Assembly: GCA_013265495.1 (NCBI GenBank)
Contig: MU058337.1
Location: forward strand, 5,684,716 to 5,746,715
Direction of reading: 5' to 3'
DNA from: Vicugna vicugna
Taxonomy: Eukaryota
DNA length: 62,000 bases
The notes below the pieces were generated by a model. The model was not told where the DNA came from. It did not search any database and was given only the letters and a program-made list of their open reading frames with translations. This document shows positions 12,730-25,080 of this stretch, piece by piece (the first letter of the stretch is position 1; every line of letters begins with the position of its first letter). Both the position numbers and the translations under genes were made by a program.

Positions 12730-13100
12730 GAATGAGTATGTACAGTGATGAAAGAATCACATTAGCCCTTGGACCTATGTAAAATCTGCTTCAATATTTA
12801 TTTGTTCTTCAGCATTTGTGTATTTTCTCCAAAGCACACATAAAGTGTATTAAATTATAGGGGTCCAGGTAATTCCTGGAAACCTCCTTTTCTTTGTTTA
12901 CAGCTGCCAACAAAGTTAACAAAGCCAGATTTTCTTACCAACAATTTCAGTCATTCCTGACAACTGGTTGAAAACCCAGAAAGAACTCTTTTCAAAAGAT
13001 GTGGCGATTTAAGAATTGCCATGCTAATAATGTAACCTCAGTCGGGACACTAGTGACATATTCCACTTAGCTTTCTCAGACTGGATGAAACAAGACTTTA

Positions 13101-13150
13101 CGGCTTTCTATTCACACCTGCTCTTCGGTTTTTATTCACACCTGCTCTTC
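13101..13150. repeat. 24-25 bp tandem duplication
   Basis: Core tattcacacctgctcttc at 13109-13126 and 13133-13150. Confidence 0.9.
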
Positions 13151-13821
13151 CAGCCTATATTTGTCAACATTTAATTGTACTTCCAACGACTGGAGACAAA
13201 CCACCTTTTCTTCTTTCCAAATGAGAATTAGTAGGCGTTTCCTCGTCCCATTTGCCACCAAGTGCTCGTCAGAAGATGAACATCCTAGCAGGAGGTCAAT
13301 GGTAGCAGAGGGAAAACGAGGCCAGCTCCCCGGCCCAGGGATGGAGCCAGCAGAGAGCCTTACCCAACTCACGTTGCCGTGGCAAGCTACCTAATGAAAA
13401 ATGCTTCCATTCTGAACTCATCACTAGAGGGTGCTTAGAATGTAAATAATGGTAAGATATGTAGGTGATAACATTTTGCTATTCAAACAAATGTGATACA
13501 AGGACACAAGGCACATCCTAGGTGATGACTCACTCATAATAGGTGTGGCTACTAATTCTCACACACCAAAGCCCTGAAGCTTTTTACAAAACCTACTGTT
13601 TTCCAACAGATCTTTCTGTTAACTTCCATTATGTTGCATAAAAAATATGCAATAATTAAGGCAATTTAAAATGTAAATGGATTTTGGGCAAGGAGAGCGA
13701 AGTCTGTCATTTTTCTCACTGTAGGGTGTGGTGTGGTGTATCAGTTAGCATCTGTTCCCAGTAATTCCTCCAGTTCAATTACAGCACATTTGGAAACTGC
13801 AGAGAGGTGCAAGCATTACTT

Positions 13822-14285
13822 TGTTACGGAAACGACAGGCCAGTCAAGATACAAGCACCACTCAGAGGGTTGGAGTACTCAGATGTATTACACTGGCGGG
13901 CTCAGAGGGGCTTCTGCTCCAAAGCTTTGAGCACCTCCAAGACGTGCGCATGAGGTTTTATAGGGTAAAGTACAAGTTTGGGGTATTCGGCCAATAGGCA
14001 TGGAACAGCTTTAGCAGCATTATCATCACAAAAGTGGAGGCGGAGAGGCAGCAAACCAACATTCCAAAGCCAGATACGTATCTTTGAAAACCCAGCTGGC
14101 GAGCAAAAAACATGAACAGCAAACCAACACTAATTAACCTAGATTTACAAGTTAGTCTAGCAGAACTCAGATCAGTATTCCAATACTTAGATTTGTGAGT
14201 TATCTTGTTAGCCCAGCCCAGCCTCTCCTTCACATTCCTAGACTTGTGAGTTATCTTGTTAGACCAGCCCGGTTTTTCCTTCACA
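13822..14285 (-). mobile_element. ERV1-type solo LTR with 4-bp TSD
   Basis: TG...CA ends; TSD ACTT at 13818-13821 and 14286-14289; reverse TATAAAA ~13956-13962; internal ~50-bp U3 duplication. Confidence 0.88.
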
Positions 14286-15484
14286 ACTTGAGTCACAATG
14301 TATCTTTTTTTAAAATTGTATTTATTTATTTACATAAGATTCAGTATGTAAATCCCTAACCAAATGTGGGAATTTTACATTTTCCATTCCCACCTATAAA
14401 ACGCTCCCAGTATTGAAAACCACATGGCCCATTGCTGTAACACAGACCCTCTGGTTAAAGCTTTTGCCCTCTGGACTATCCAGACACCTACCACAGTAAC
14501 TCGCCTCTCACACTGGGAGAAGTGACACCATAACTTCACTTTGACATTGAAATTTGGTGAGCAGAGTGGACAGAGGCATCAGCACGTTGCATAATCCAAA
14601 GAACAAGAGCTCGGTGTGTTTGGGGCACTCAATATGTATTCGTGCAAGTGTTCGTTGGATAAGTGTTGCCTGAGTACCCACTATCATTGTCATCTGTACT
14701 AGCTTAGAACTGGGTGTGTCCATTAAGTTTTATACACATGGCCAAAGGCAAAAAGTCTGCTTCTCAAAGTTTATCACCATTCTCTTTGTCAGGTAGTAAA
14801 TCTCCACACTCTGCCTACACGCTGCAGTTGATACTACTACAAAATAAAGCTCACTTCAATGATCTAATTCTACCCAAGGTTGCAGCAGTGAGTCACCACT
14901 AGCGTGATGTCACATTTGGAGAACTACAAAAGGGCACCCTCTGAGAGAGTACATTACAAAAGTGACTCCCTTCTCAGGATGCTGGACTCCACCTTCCCCC
15001 TCCACCAAGCCGCTTTGACCATGTGCTGTCTGCACACCGCAGAGGGGTGCTGATTCCTTCCCGCGAGTCCAGACCTGGCCCAGCTACCCCAGCAGAAGCC
15101 GTTTTCTGCATAGCTTGTATCTCTGGGGACTAATGCTACCTTGACTGCGCTATCCAGTCCCAGGCGGCTCTGTCTCAAGACAGCCGAGTGCTCAGGGCTG
15201 CCATACCTGCTTCCACCTTGGTCCAGAAATGTCCCTGGCTTCCCACGTGTTTTCTGAAATGTACTTCTGAAAGAGAGATGTCTCTTCTGCTCGGTGTCTG
15301 GGGAGACGCAAGGAACCTGTGGCTGACTGGAGGGAGGTAAAGCAACTTGACGCGAAGCGTTCCCTCAGGCGTCAGAGCCTGGGTTGCTTTCAGGGACGTT
15401 CTTTATCTGCCCACTTGCAGTGCAGGTTCTCGAAGGACCTGCACATTCCTGTTGACCAGGAGAGCCAAGGTGAATTGCTCCAGG

Positions 15485-15949
15485 TGTTACAGAAAAACCA
15501 GCCTCTGTACCCCGATAGCCAAATTGAAGAGTCAGAGGCAGAGTTTTGGGGGGATAGAAAAGACAGCTTTATTGTTTTGCCCGGCAAAGGGAGTCACAGC
15601 AAGCTAACGCCTTACAGACTATGAGCCCATCTTGGGGTTGGGATCTTGAGGTTTTATAGAAAAACTGGATGGAACAGAAAAGGTGGTAACAATCAGGGCA
15701 TTTTACAGGGTGTTATATTCTTTTCATCTTGATAAAAACTTGCTGCTGTTATGGGGGAATTTAGGAGGGTCCGCTCATTTTCTTGAGATTCAATCCATGA
15801 CCTTCTTTTAAGACCTTTAAGGTAAAAGAATAAGTTGTTCTAAGAAAAAGGTGCACAGGGAGGGGAGTGTGTTAGTCATAAGATCAGTGCAGCAAGAAGT
15901 ACAGGCCTGAACAACTCAGTAGCTAGCTTGTTAGTTTTCAACTCTTTCA
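15485..15949 (-). mobile_element. ERV1-type solo LTR
   Basis: TG...CA ends, flanks CAGG/CAAG (4-bp TSD, 1 mismatch), reverse AATAAA ~15568 and TATAAAA ~15652. Confidence 0.78.
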
Positions 15950-16316
15950 CAAGTCCTTGCCTGGGGAGGCCTGTCACCCAGATCACTCTCAGAGAAACCT
16001 TGCGCCGTTCTAGTCTGCTCACTGCAGGTTCACCATCTTGACGCTGCTCAGGCGATCTCAACATCCTGACGGGTGCGAGGGCTGGAGAAACAACCAGAGT
16101 GAGCAGGTTAAAAATACATAAATCTGTATCTAAGTTGACTCAGTAACCTGGGGAAGGGAAAGAGGAAGGCAGGGAGGAAGGCCAGATCATGGAACATCTG
16201 GATGGGGGCTCCAAGAAGATAACTTTTCATCAGTGACTAGTAAGAACCCCCAAGAAGATTTAAGAGAAATGCTTAAAACATGTCCTGGAAGTTTGAGAGA
16301 AAAAAAGAAAACTTGA

Positions 16317-16689
16317 TGTTACAGAGTTTTGCCCCACCCTCCCCCTGCTAAAAAATGTGTGTGTTGAAGCCCTAACCCACCTGTGATAGTGGAGGTGGGG
16401 CCTTTGGGGGTAATTAAGTTTAGATGAAGTCATGAGAGTGTGGCCCTCATGATGGGATTAGTGCCTTTACAAGAAGAGATTCTCTCTCTCTCTCCCCCCT
16501 CCCATGTGAGGACATGGAGAGAAGGCAGCCCTCTACAAACCAAGAAAAGAGCTCTCTCACCAGAACTCAACCATGTTGGCACCTTGATCTTGGACTTCCA
16601 GCCTCCAGAAATGTGAGAAAATAAATTTCTGTTGTTTGAGACCCCCAACCCAAGGTATTTTGTTGTGGCGGCCTGAGCTGACTAAGACA
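16317..16689 (+). mobile_element. Full-length MLT1A-type MaLR solo LTR
   Basis: TG...ctaagaCA, MLT1A motifs 'ggaggtggggcctttggg', 'aataaatttctgttg'; 5-bp TSD CTTGA/CTTGG. Confidence 0.9.
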
Positions 16690-16720
16690 CTTGGCATCTT
16701 TATTTTAAAATCCAATGTAT

Positions 16721-17776
16721 GTCTTCAACAAAGGAGGCAAGAATATACAATGGAATAAAGACAGTCTCTTCAGCAAATGGTGTTGGGAAAACTGGACAGC
16801 AACATGTAAAACAGTGAAGCTAGAACACTCCCTTACACCATACACAAAAATAAACTCAAAATGGATCAAAGACTTAAACATAAGACAAGATACAATAAAC
16901 CTCCTAGAGGAAAATATAGGCAAAACATTATCTGACATACATCTCAAAAATTTTCTCCTAGAAGAAATAAAAGCAAGAATAAACAAATGGGACCTAATGA
17001 AACTTACAAGTTTCTGCACAGCAAAGGAAACCGTAAGTAAAACAAAAAGACAACCTACGGAATGGAAAAAAATTTTGGTAAGTGAAAGCGACAAAGGCTT
17101 GATCTCCAGAATATATAAGCAGCTCATACGACTCAATAAGAAAAAAATAAACAACCCAATCCAAAAATGAGCAGAAGACCTAAACAAGCAATTCTCCAAG
17201 GAAGACATACAAATGATCAATAGGCACATGAAAAAATGCTCAATATCACTAATTATCAGAGAAATGCAAATCAAAACTACAATGAGGTATCACCTCACAC
17301 CAGTCAGAATGGCCATCATTCAAAAATCCAAAAATGACAAATGCTGGAGAGGCTGTGGAGAAAGGGGAAACCTCTTTCACTGCTGGTGGGAATGAAGTTT
17401 GGTGCAGCCACTATGGAAAACAGTGTGGAGATTCCTCAAAAGACTAGGAATAAACTTACAATATGACCCAGGAATCCCACTCCTGGGCATATATCCAGAA
17501 GGAACCCTACTTTAGGATGACACCTGCACCCCAATATTCATAGCAGCACTATTTACAATAGCCAAGACATGGAAACAGCCTAAATGTCCATCAACAGGTG
17601 ACTGGATAAAGAAGATGTGGTATATTTATATGATGGAATACTACTCAGCCATAAAAACTGACAACATAACGCCATTTGCAGCAACATGGGTGCTCCTGGA
17701 GAATGTCATTCTAAGTGAAGTAAGCCAGAAAGAGAAAGAAAAATACCACATGAGATCACTCATATGTGGAATTTAA
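16721..17776 (+). pseudogene. L1 ORF2 C-terminal remnant
   Basis: One frame maintained to TAA at 17774-17776, with premature stops at 17168, 17393 and 17513. Confidence 0.9.
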
Positions 17777-18091
17777 AACAAACAAGCAAAGCATAAATAC
17801 AAAACAGAAATAGACTCATAGACATAGAATACAAACTTGTGGTTGCCAAAGGGGCAGAAGGTGGGAAGAGATAGACTGGGATTTCAAAATTGTAGAATAG
17901 ATAAACAAGATTATACTGTGTAGCACACGGAAATGTATGCAAGATCCTATGGTAGCTCACAGAGAAAAAAATGTGACAATGAATATATATATGTTCATAT
18001 ATAACTGAAAAATTGTGCTCTACACTGGAATTTGACACAACATTGTAAAATGATTATAAATCAATAAAAAATGTTAAAAAATAAAATAAAA
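16721..18091 (+). mobile_element. 5'-truncated, relatively young LINE-1 (ORF2 C-terminus, 3'UTR, A-rich tail)
   Basis: ORF2 peptides ([35 protein letters not shown]); flanking repeat taaaatccaatgtatgtctt 16706-16725 / taaaatccaatatatgactt 18092-18111. Confidence 0.95.
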
Positions 18092-19384
18092 TAAAATCCA
18101 ATATATGACTTGGAAAAGATGATCATGGCTGAGAACCAAATTAATGTTCCAAAAGATCAGGAACTCATAACCCAAAGGGAAAACACAATGAGGTACAAGT
18201 CCTGGCCACCACAATCACTGGTTCACTGATTCTAAAAGTGACCCAGTACAGGAGTGGAGACGCTAAAAAGGAATCATGTGGGTGTGTCTTGGGGCAAGAG
18301 CTGTTACTGAGTTTGGTTTGTCTCAAGGTAATGATTGTGCAGAATTAACTGTAGAGGTGACTTCTGTGAGCTCCCAATTAGCTGAGCCCCTCTCCAAGGT
18401 TGACACAGAATTTTTATAACTCGCCCCTTACCTTAGAGTAACATGATGCTCAGGCCAAATCCCCCCAGCCTGGTGATGAAAATGTGCAGAAAAACTCCCA
18501 GAGCCCAAATATATGTGTACACACCTTCTCTTCAGTCCCTCTTTCCTTCATAGAAGAAATTCATCCACTCGGACATAAGCCACCCCACACAGAGCCAGCC
18601 AGACTGTTCTGCGTCACCTTTTGCTTTTCTGGTGATCACAAACTAATTGTGGTCCTCATCACTTCCAAGGGCAGCAGATAAAGGAAGCTACCCTGAATTA
18701 TCGTGAGCTCACCCCTTGTCCTTGGAGCACTGGGCACAACTGAAGTCCTTCTCCTGTGTATACTGGGAATTTCCCACTCAGCGTGAACTCTCACGTTTAG
18801 TGGTTTTTACAGTAAAACCCACCAATTCCTTTAGATGTATTCTTTCCTTCTTGGAAGAATAGATCCCTGATCATGTCAGTCCAAAGCACTGTAAACTAGA
18901 ACGTGGACCATGACCAGTGGGGAAAAACACTTGAAAAATAAATGCATTCTGCAAACAGTAGCATCCGTGGTGTGGTGTGTGTTTGTGTTCACTGAAATCC
19001 AGAAAGTATATAGAGCATTTATAATGTTCCTGGCACATTACCATACAGAAAACTGTCCTTCTGCCGTAGCACTCCCAGAATCACTTAAATTCAAGCTGCA
19101 AGAAAAACATACTTCTGGTTCCAACAGGGGATGTGAAATTGCAAAATTCAAAGAAAGGCAGGTAGATTGAGGACCCGTGTGGTGGTATTAGGAGCACCTT
19201 CTAGCCCATGGGGGCTACAGATGGGAGAGAAAGAATTTGCAACTGTGGCTCCATCCCCAGAAAAGGGGGAGGCTGGGCCAATGATTCAGACTCTCTCACT
19301 CTTGCCTATGACTGCAGATTCCAAGCAACTCAGTTTCCAACCTAATAACAAGATCCTAAGCTCTATTTCGGTACAATTCTTCAC

Positions 19385-19683
19385 CAGAGATGGACTGAAT
19401 TTTGTGTAACCCTCAAATTCCTATGTTGAACTCCTAATCCTTGGGGTGATGCTATTAGGACCTGGGACATTTGGGGAGAGATTAGGTTGTGAGGGTGGAG
19501 CCCACATGATGGGGTTGGTCCTCCTGCAGAAAAAGGCTCCCACAGGGCTCCCTCGCCAGACACCAAATAGGCTGGCCCCTTGATCTCGGACTTCTCAGCC
19601 TCCAGAACTGTGAACTGATGTTCTTTGTTTATAGGCCACCAGTCTCTGGGATTCTGTTAGAGTAGCCCGAGTGGACCAAGGCA
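19385..19683 (+). mobile_element. MLT1A-type LTR, internally deleted
   Basis: 'tggactgaatt...caaattcctatgttgaa...ccttgatctcggacttctcagcctccagaactgtga'. Confidence 0.82.
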
Positions 19684-21319
19684 CCCAGTAAAGGCCATGC
19701 CTCCACCCAGACACCAAAGGCCAGTAAGGCTTTACAAATACACCTTCACAGCTCTTACCAAGAACAATCAAATGTGAAACACAACTTAACTGTTGGTAGA
19801 ACACAAATGCCTTGCATGTATGTATATTTCTAGCACACAATATATTGGAACCTAGGAGTGTGAAAGAACTGGAGAGAGCTGAGGACAAGCTAAAGGCATA
19901 TCTTCTGGGGGAATATGTCTGGAAAAGGTTTGTTCTGGAAATATGGGCCAGATCTCCAAATGCCAAATAAACTGAGATTAGTTATATACTTCAAGGTTCC
20001 TAATTACTTTCACAGAAAGAAATAGTCTGCTGATTGGGCAAAAGTGTTTTCTGTGAATTGACTAATGTGGGTAACTTCCTCAGTTCTCTATTTCATCCTG
20101 CCCATTTCAATGCCATCCAATCAGCAGCGTGTGACCTAAAGCTTCAAGTCCATTGCAATGTAAAGGATGATTGTTTCCACACCGATCAACTCCAAATGAG
20201 CGCGAACATCTTGTCCACTGCTGCAGAGAGCTTGCAGTACTGGAAAGCAGCCAGCAGCTGTCACGATGCACCAAAGCTCGAGGTCCTCGGTCAATGCGTG
20301 TCCCACAGGCCCCTGACCTCGGGGACATGCCATTCGCCCCGGCACCGGCTGGCACAGTGACAGTTCCGTCTGTGGAGGGGTCTTCGCCAGTGCTGTCCTC
20401 TCGGCAGGGCTTTGGAGGATGAAGTTCTGCGGGTACTCATCTTTCACTGCAGGGCATGTCATCCTGCTCAATGAAGAAGCCAAACAACCTTTGGGGTTCC
20501 CTGGGTCTCCAGCATGAGGGACACAAGTACTCTCACCTTACACAGCTCCGCCTGGCCTCTGAACAGCTGCTGTCCACCCGCAGAAGCAGCCTGAATGCCC
20601 TGCAAACCTCTCACGGTGGAGGTAGGTGTCATGGCCCCCATGCCACCTGGTGAAAGGTTTTGGAACCCCTACAGCTTGAGGCCATCAGCAAAGGCAGCAA
20701 AGAGATGCACATCCAGTGAGGAAGAAAAGGGCACAGCACTGACATTAAGTACCGCCGAGGAAAATGAAAATCGATGTTTCACTGACCTTAGCCGTACCCT
20801 CTGTCCACTGTCTTGGAGGAGTTCCAAGCTTTCCTCCTTCCAAACATGCTTGGTGTGCTCAGATGTTCATCAGAGTCTTTCTCTCCTTGCAGCCCCAGGC
20901 CTCGGGGAGGAGGAGGATGGATACAGGGGCCAGGGAGTGGGTGCAGGTAGGGTGGAGAGTGGAGTGTATGCCTAGAAGAGGCGGTACTGCCCGGTTCTAG
21001 ACCTCCGGGCAGGCTGCAGGGACATGTGTGGGACTGTGGGAACCAAAGCAGAATAAGAAAATATGGCATGTGTCACTTCTTTTGCCCAAGTTCCTGCCTA
21101 GAAGCTCATGGAGGGCTGCAGACTTGCTCCATTGCATCAAAACCCTGTAGGGAACTGTTCGATTTATAGTTGAAAAAGTAGCAGAAGAAAGGATTTGCCT
21201 TTTTCTAAATCTCTGTTCAAAGCAAAGAGCCTTAGGCCGGGTATGAGGAATACATTGATCTGAAATCACATCACCATGATCTTTGTGGCAACTGTGCATG
21301 AGTGCTTGTATATTTATTT

Positions 21320-21355
21320 ATGTGTGCGCGTGTGCGTGTGTGTATGTGTGTGTGT
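21320..21355. repeat. Imperfect (TG)n/(CG) microsatellite
   Basis: atgtgtgcgcgtgtgcgtgtgtgtatgtgtgtgtgt. Confidence 0.8.
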
Positions 21356-22169
21356 AGCCTGGAGGTAAGTGGAGGCAGGGTGTTATTCGTGTTTAGTAAA
21401 GTAATTTCTAAATATTCTTTGCACGGATAGGAGGAAATCTTTGTTTCACATTTGGGTGATTGTCTTGCTTTCGCAATTGTGAAATGCCAGCAGCTCACTG
21501 CCCAGATCCCATGAATCTGAGCGAGCTTCATTGACGTGACCTATGACGGCTCCTGTATCCCTCGGTTCCCACCCCAGCCTACCCAGTCCCTGGCAGAACT
21601 GTGTAAAGAGCAGCAAGCACAGACCTAAGAAGGTGCTCAGGCCAGTTCACACGCACTGGAAAAGGTGGGGTGATTCACCCGAACTCCTGGTACTTCTATA
21701 GGATCTATTCACTGAAGTCTAGATATGGGTCTAAAAATTGTACTGTGCACTGTGCTAGGTTCTAGACACACAAAATAATAAATAGAAGTGACCAGGTGCC
21801 TCCCCTCAGGCAGCCTGCAGTCTAGTAGGGAAGAAAGACTTTATACAAATAAGTGTGGAATTTTAAATCTGGATAAATGCTGTGAAGAAAAAGTGCAGGG
21901 CCCTTTGAGGAAAGATTATTTAGGACGTTGTTTAGATGGTGGGGCCCACAGGGGCCGAGGCCTGAGAAAGAAGGAGCCGGCCAGGCGAGTGGGGTGGGGA
22001 GGGAGGTCCTGGCAGATGGTAGAGCAGGAGCAAAGGCCCTGAGGCAGGAAAGAGACTGGAGAATCTGAGGAGCTGAAAGGAAGGAAGAGTGGAAGGAGAT
22101 TGAGACAGAGAGGTGAACAGAGGCCAGATCACATAGGGTCTTTTAGGCGTGGTGCCATTTTTGTATCTT

Positions 22170-22920
22170 GAAAATAGTAGTTGCACAGTGAAAAGACCTG
22201 ACAGACACCATGTTAACCACATAATACAAGTTAGCACCAGAATGGCTTGTAGAGTCGTTCTGTGCCTCCTGGTAAGACGCAGTGGGAAGGAGACGACATC
22301 ATTTCTTTGATGTTCTTGCCAAAAACTGCATAATCTGCATTCCTTATGAAAAAAGCCTCAGGCAAACTCAAAGTGAGGGGCATTCTACAAAGCAAGTGGT
22401 TGAGGGGGCAGGTATATAGCCTAAATGGTATAGCGCACGCTTAGCATGCGTGAGGTCCAGGGCTCAGTCCCCAGTACCTCCTCCAAAAATGAAGAAATAA
22501 ATAAACCTAATTACCTACCCCCCAAAAAAAACCCGTAAATAAATAAATCAGTCACTACAAAAAACATTTTTTTAAAGTGGCTTATAGTTTCAAAACTGTC
22601 GTGAAAGGCAAAGATTGGGGAGCTCTTCCAGACAAAAGACCAAAGAGACAAGACGCCAGATGCGTGCTCCTAGACCCAAAACACGAGGTTAGTGGGACAA
22701 CTGGTAACAACTGCCCAAGGTCTACATAGTTGAGAATACTATTGTGTCGATGTTTAATTTTCTGATTTTGCTAGTTGGACTGTGGTTTTATAAGATGCTA
22801 ACATTTGGGGAAGCAGAGGGAAGAGCAGATAGGAATTATTTGCACCACGTTTGAACTGCTTTTTGAGGTCTGAAATTATTTCAAAATGAAAAGTTAAAAA
22901 ATAAATTGAAAAAAATTGTT
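22170..22920 (+). mobile_element. L1MC/L1MD-like 3'UTR
   Basis: 'acagtgaaaagacctgacagacaccatgttaacca...gtctgaaattatttcaaaatgaaaagtt'. Confidence 0.75.
22404..22573 (+). mobile_element. Vic-type SINE inserted in L1MC
   Basis: tRNA-like head, 'ccccagtacctcc...aaacctaattacct', flanks aagtggtt/aagtggct. Confidence 0.85.
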
Positions 22921-23243
22921 TAATAAAAAGTTTTTAAGTTTTAGATTTCATCCTTGGTATAATAGCAAGCCCTTAATGGGTTTTAACCAAGGAAATGTTT
23001 AGGTTTTTAAACATCTGTCTGACCAGTGTGTGGAGACTGGGGCAGGACCACAGGGAGGCAGTCATGGAATCAGGAGCTTTGAATAAGTGGCATCAGTTTT
23101 CTCAGCTGTCAAATGAGAGGGTTGAACTGTCTGTATTTACAAGGCAGCTTCATGACTTACCTGCACTGGGGTCACATGGGGAACTCCAGACATTCAGATC
23201 CCTGGGGCCCACCCCTTGGTGCTGATCTGCAGGGGAATGCTGG

Positions 23244-23894
23244 TGTCTTGGTCAAATCCAGCTGCTATAACAAAAGACACAGACTAGGGGCTAAAACAAC
23301 AGACATCGATTTCTCATTGTTCTGAGGTGGGGAGGCCTGAGACCAAGGTTCCTGGTGAGAGCCCCCCTCCTGGCTTGTCAACGGCCACCTTCTCGCTTTG
23401 CAGTGAAAGAGGGCTCGGGAGTCCCTTCCTCCTCTTCTTACAAGGGTGCCAGGCCCGTCAGGTGAGGGCTGCACCCTCACATCCTCATTTGCCCTTAATT
23501 ACCTCCTTGAAGGCCCTGTCTCCAAATACATCACATGGGGTTTAGGGCTTCAACATAGAAATCTGGAGAGGGGATGATAGATTAGGAATTTGGAATTCAA
23601 CAATTACACACTACTATATATAAAGTAGGTGAACAACAAGGACCGACTGTACAACACAGGGAACTACATTCAATATCCTGTAATAACCTATAGTGGGAAG
23701 GCATCTAAAAAAGAACAGATACGTATATATATGTAACTGAATCACCTTGCTGTACGCCTGAAATGAACACAGCATTGTAAATCAACTATATCGCAATAAA
23801 AAATAAATAAATGTACCAGTATTTCCTCCCACTAAAAAATTTAAATGTCAATATATGAATTTGGGGGTGGGAGGACATGTTCCAATCAACAGCA
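23244..23894 (-). mobile_element. MLT1A-type LTR interrupted by an L1 tail
   Basis: 'tgtcttggtc...gctgctataacaaaa...ccaaatacatcacatggggtttagggcttcaacat'; resumes at ~23848 and ends acagCA. Confidence 0.82.
23564..23847 (+). mobile_element. Artiodactyl-type L1 3' end
   Basis: 'cacagggaactacattcaatatcctgtaataacc...aactgaatcac...attgtaaatcaactat...aataaa'; degenerate TSD tcaacatagaaatctgg/tcaatatatgaatttgg. Confidence 0.82.
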
Positions 23895-24913
23895 GAGTAC
23901 AGGTACCTGTCATCTTGTACAAGAAACTCTCCCGGGCAGTTCTGATATTCATCCGAGATTGGCACCTGGTGGCCGTGGGCTGGGAATCCTGTAACCCCCC
24001 ACCTCCATCCCCTCCGTGAGGCCCTGTGAGGCCTGCTGTGCCTGGTGACCCATCTTGTTTTGTCAGAGCCCTCAGTGTGGCTCCAGGCTCCGCTCCCACC
24101 CCTGCTCGCCAGCCATGGGACCATGGGGAGGTCACTTCCTTCTCGTGGCCTCCGTCCCCTCCTCTGAATAGGAGGGGATGCACAGAAGATCCTCTGCAAG
24201 ATCCCTAAGTGCTATAAACCCTGATCCTGGCAGGTGATGTTCTGGAGGCTTCCATTAGGTCCAATTCAGCAGTTCACATAGAACCTTAAAAAGCACTTGG
24301 GGTCCCTCACCCCATGGCTACTAGGAGCATTCTGTCTCCCATGCAAACGGCCTCCCTTTCAAAAAAAAAAAAAAAACAGAGAGCCTCTGGTGTATCTAGG
24401 TATTAGGGAAACCTTGAGACAGGAGTTTTCCTCTTGCTGTGAAGTCCTACATGTCAGCTGTCCTTGCCAGGAGTCAAAAACCCTCCTCTGCATTCAGTTC
24501 AGGGCTTAACATTTCTCTTTGGCTTCCCAGGGCTCATGGAGCTGCTGCCCTAGGCAAAGAGCAGTGCTTCTGCACAACCAGCCCCAGCCAGCTGTGATGG
24601 AGATGGAACTTTGGGAAGGATATTAAACCATTATAACTTCTGAGTAAGTGATACCCAAGACATACAGCACCCATGTCGGAAGGCCAAGAGGGGCTGAGCA
24701 GGGAGCGGAGCTGATCTCTGCTTTTGGTCCCTCTGTCCAGCTTAAGCATTATCTCATCCAGGAAAGCCTTCTCCGAACCACTCTGGCTACCTGATCTTCC
24801 CCTTCTGTAAATTATTATAGCATTCGTGACCCTAACCATTGCCCATCCTCTCTTCTAAGCCCAGAGAAGCAAAGGCCATGTGGGTTTTGCACAGCACTGA
24901 ACCTCTGATGTTT

Positions 24914-25080
24914 GTTTGTTTTAATATTTTATTTATTATTATATTATTTAATTATTTTATTTTGGTGAGAGGGAGGTAGTCAGGTTTATTTATTTTTAGA
25001 GGAGGTGCCGGGATTGAGTCCAGGACCTTGTGCATGCCAAGCACAGACTCTGCCAGTTGAACTCTACCCTCCTTCCTCCC
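24914..25080 (-). mobile_element. Vic-type SINE with 16-bp TSD
   Basis: Reverse tRNA head and T-rich tail; TSD tgaacctctgatgttt (24898-24913) / tgaacctccggtgttt (25081-25096). Confidence 0.88.

Larger units (their letters stand above)
21740..23060 (-). mobile_element. L2 LINE fragment, interrupted by L1MC (22170-22920)
   Basis: 'cactgtgctaggttctagacac...gcagtctagtaggg...ggccagatcacataggg'; resumes after ~22935. Confidence 0.7.

Noticed and set aside
16705..17274. 189-aa hydrophobic - strand ORF
   Set aside because: Antisense of A-rich L1 ORF2, a well-known source of spurious membrane-like ORFs
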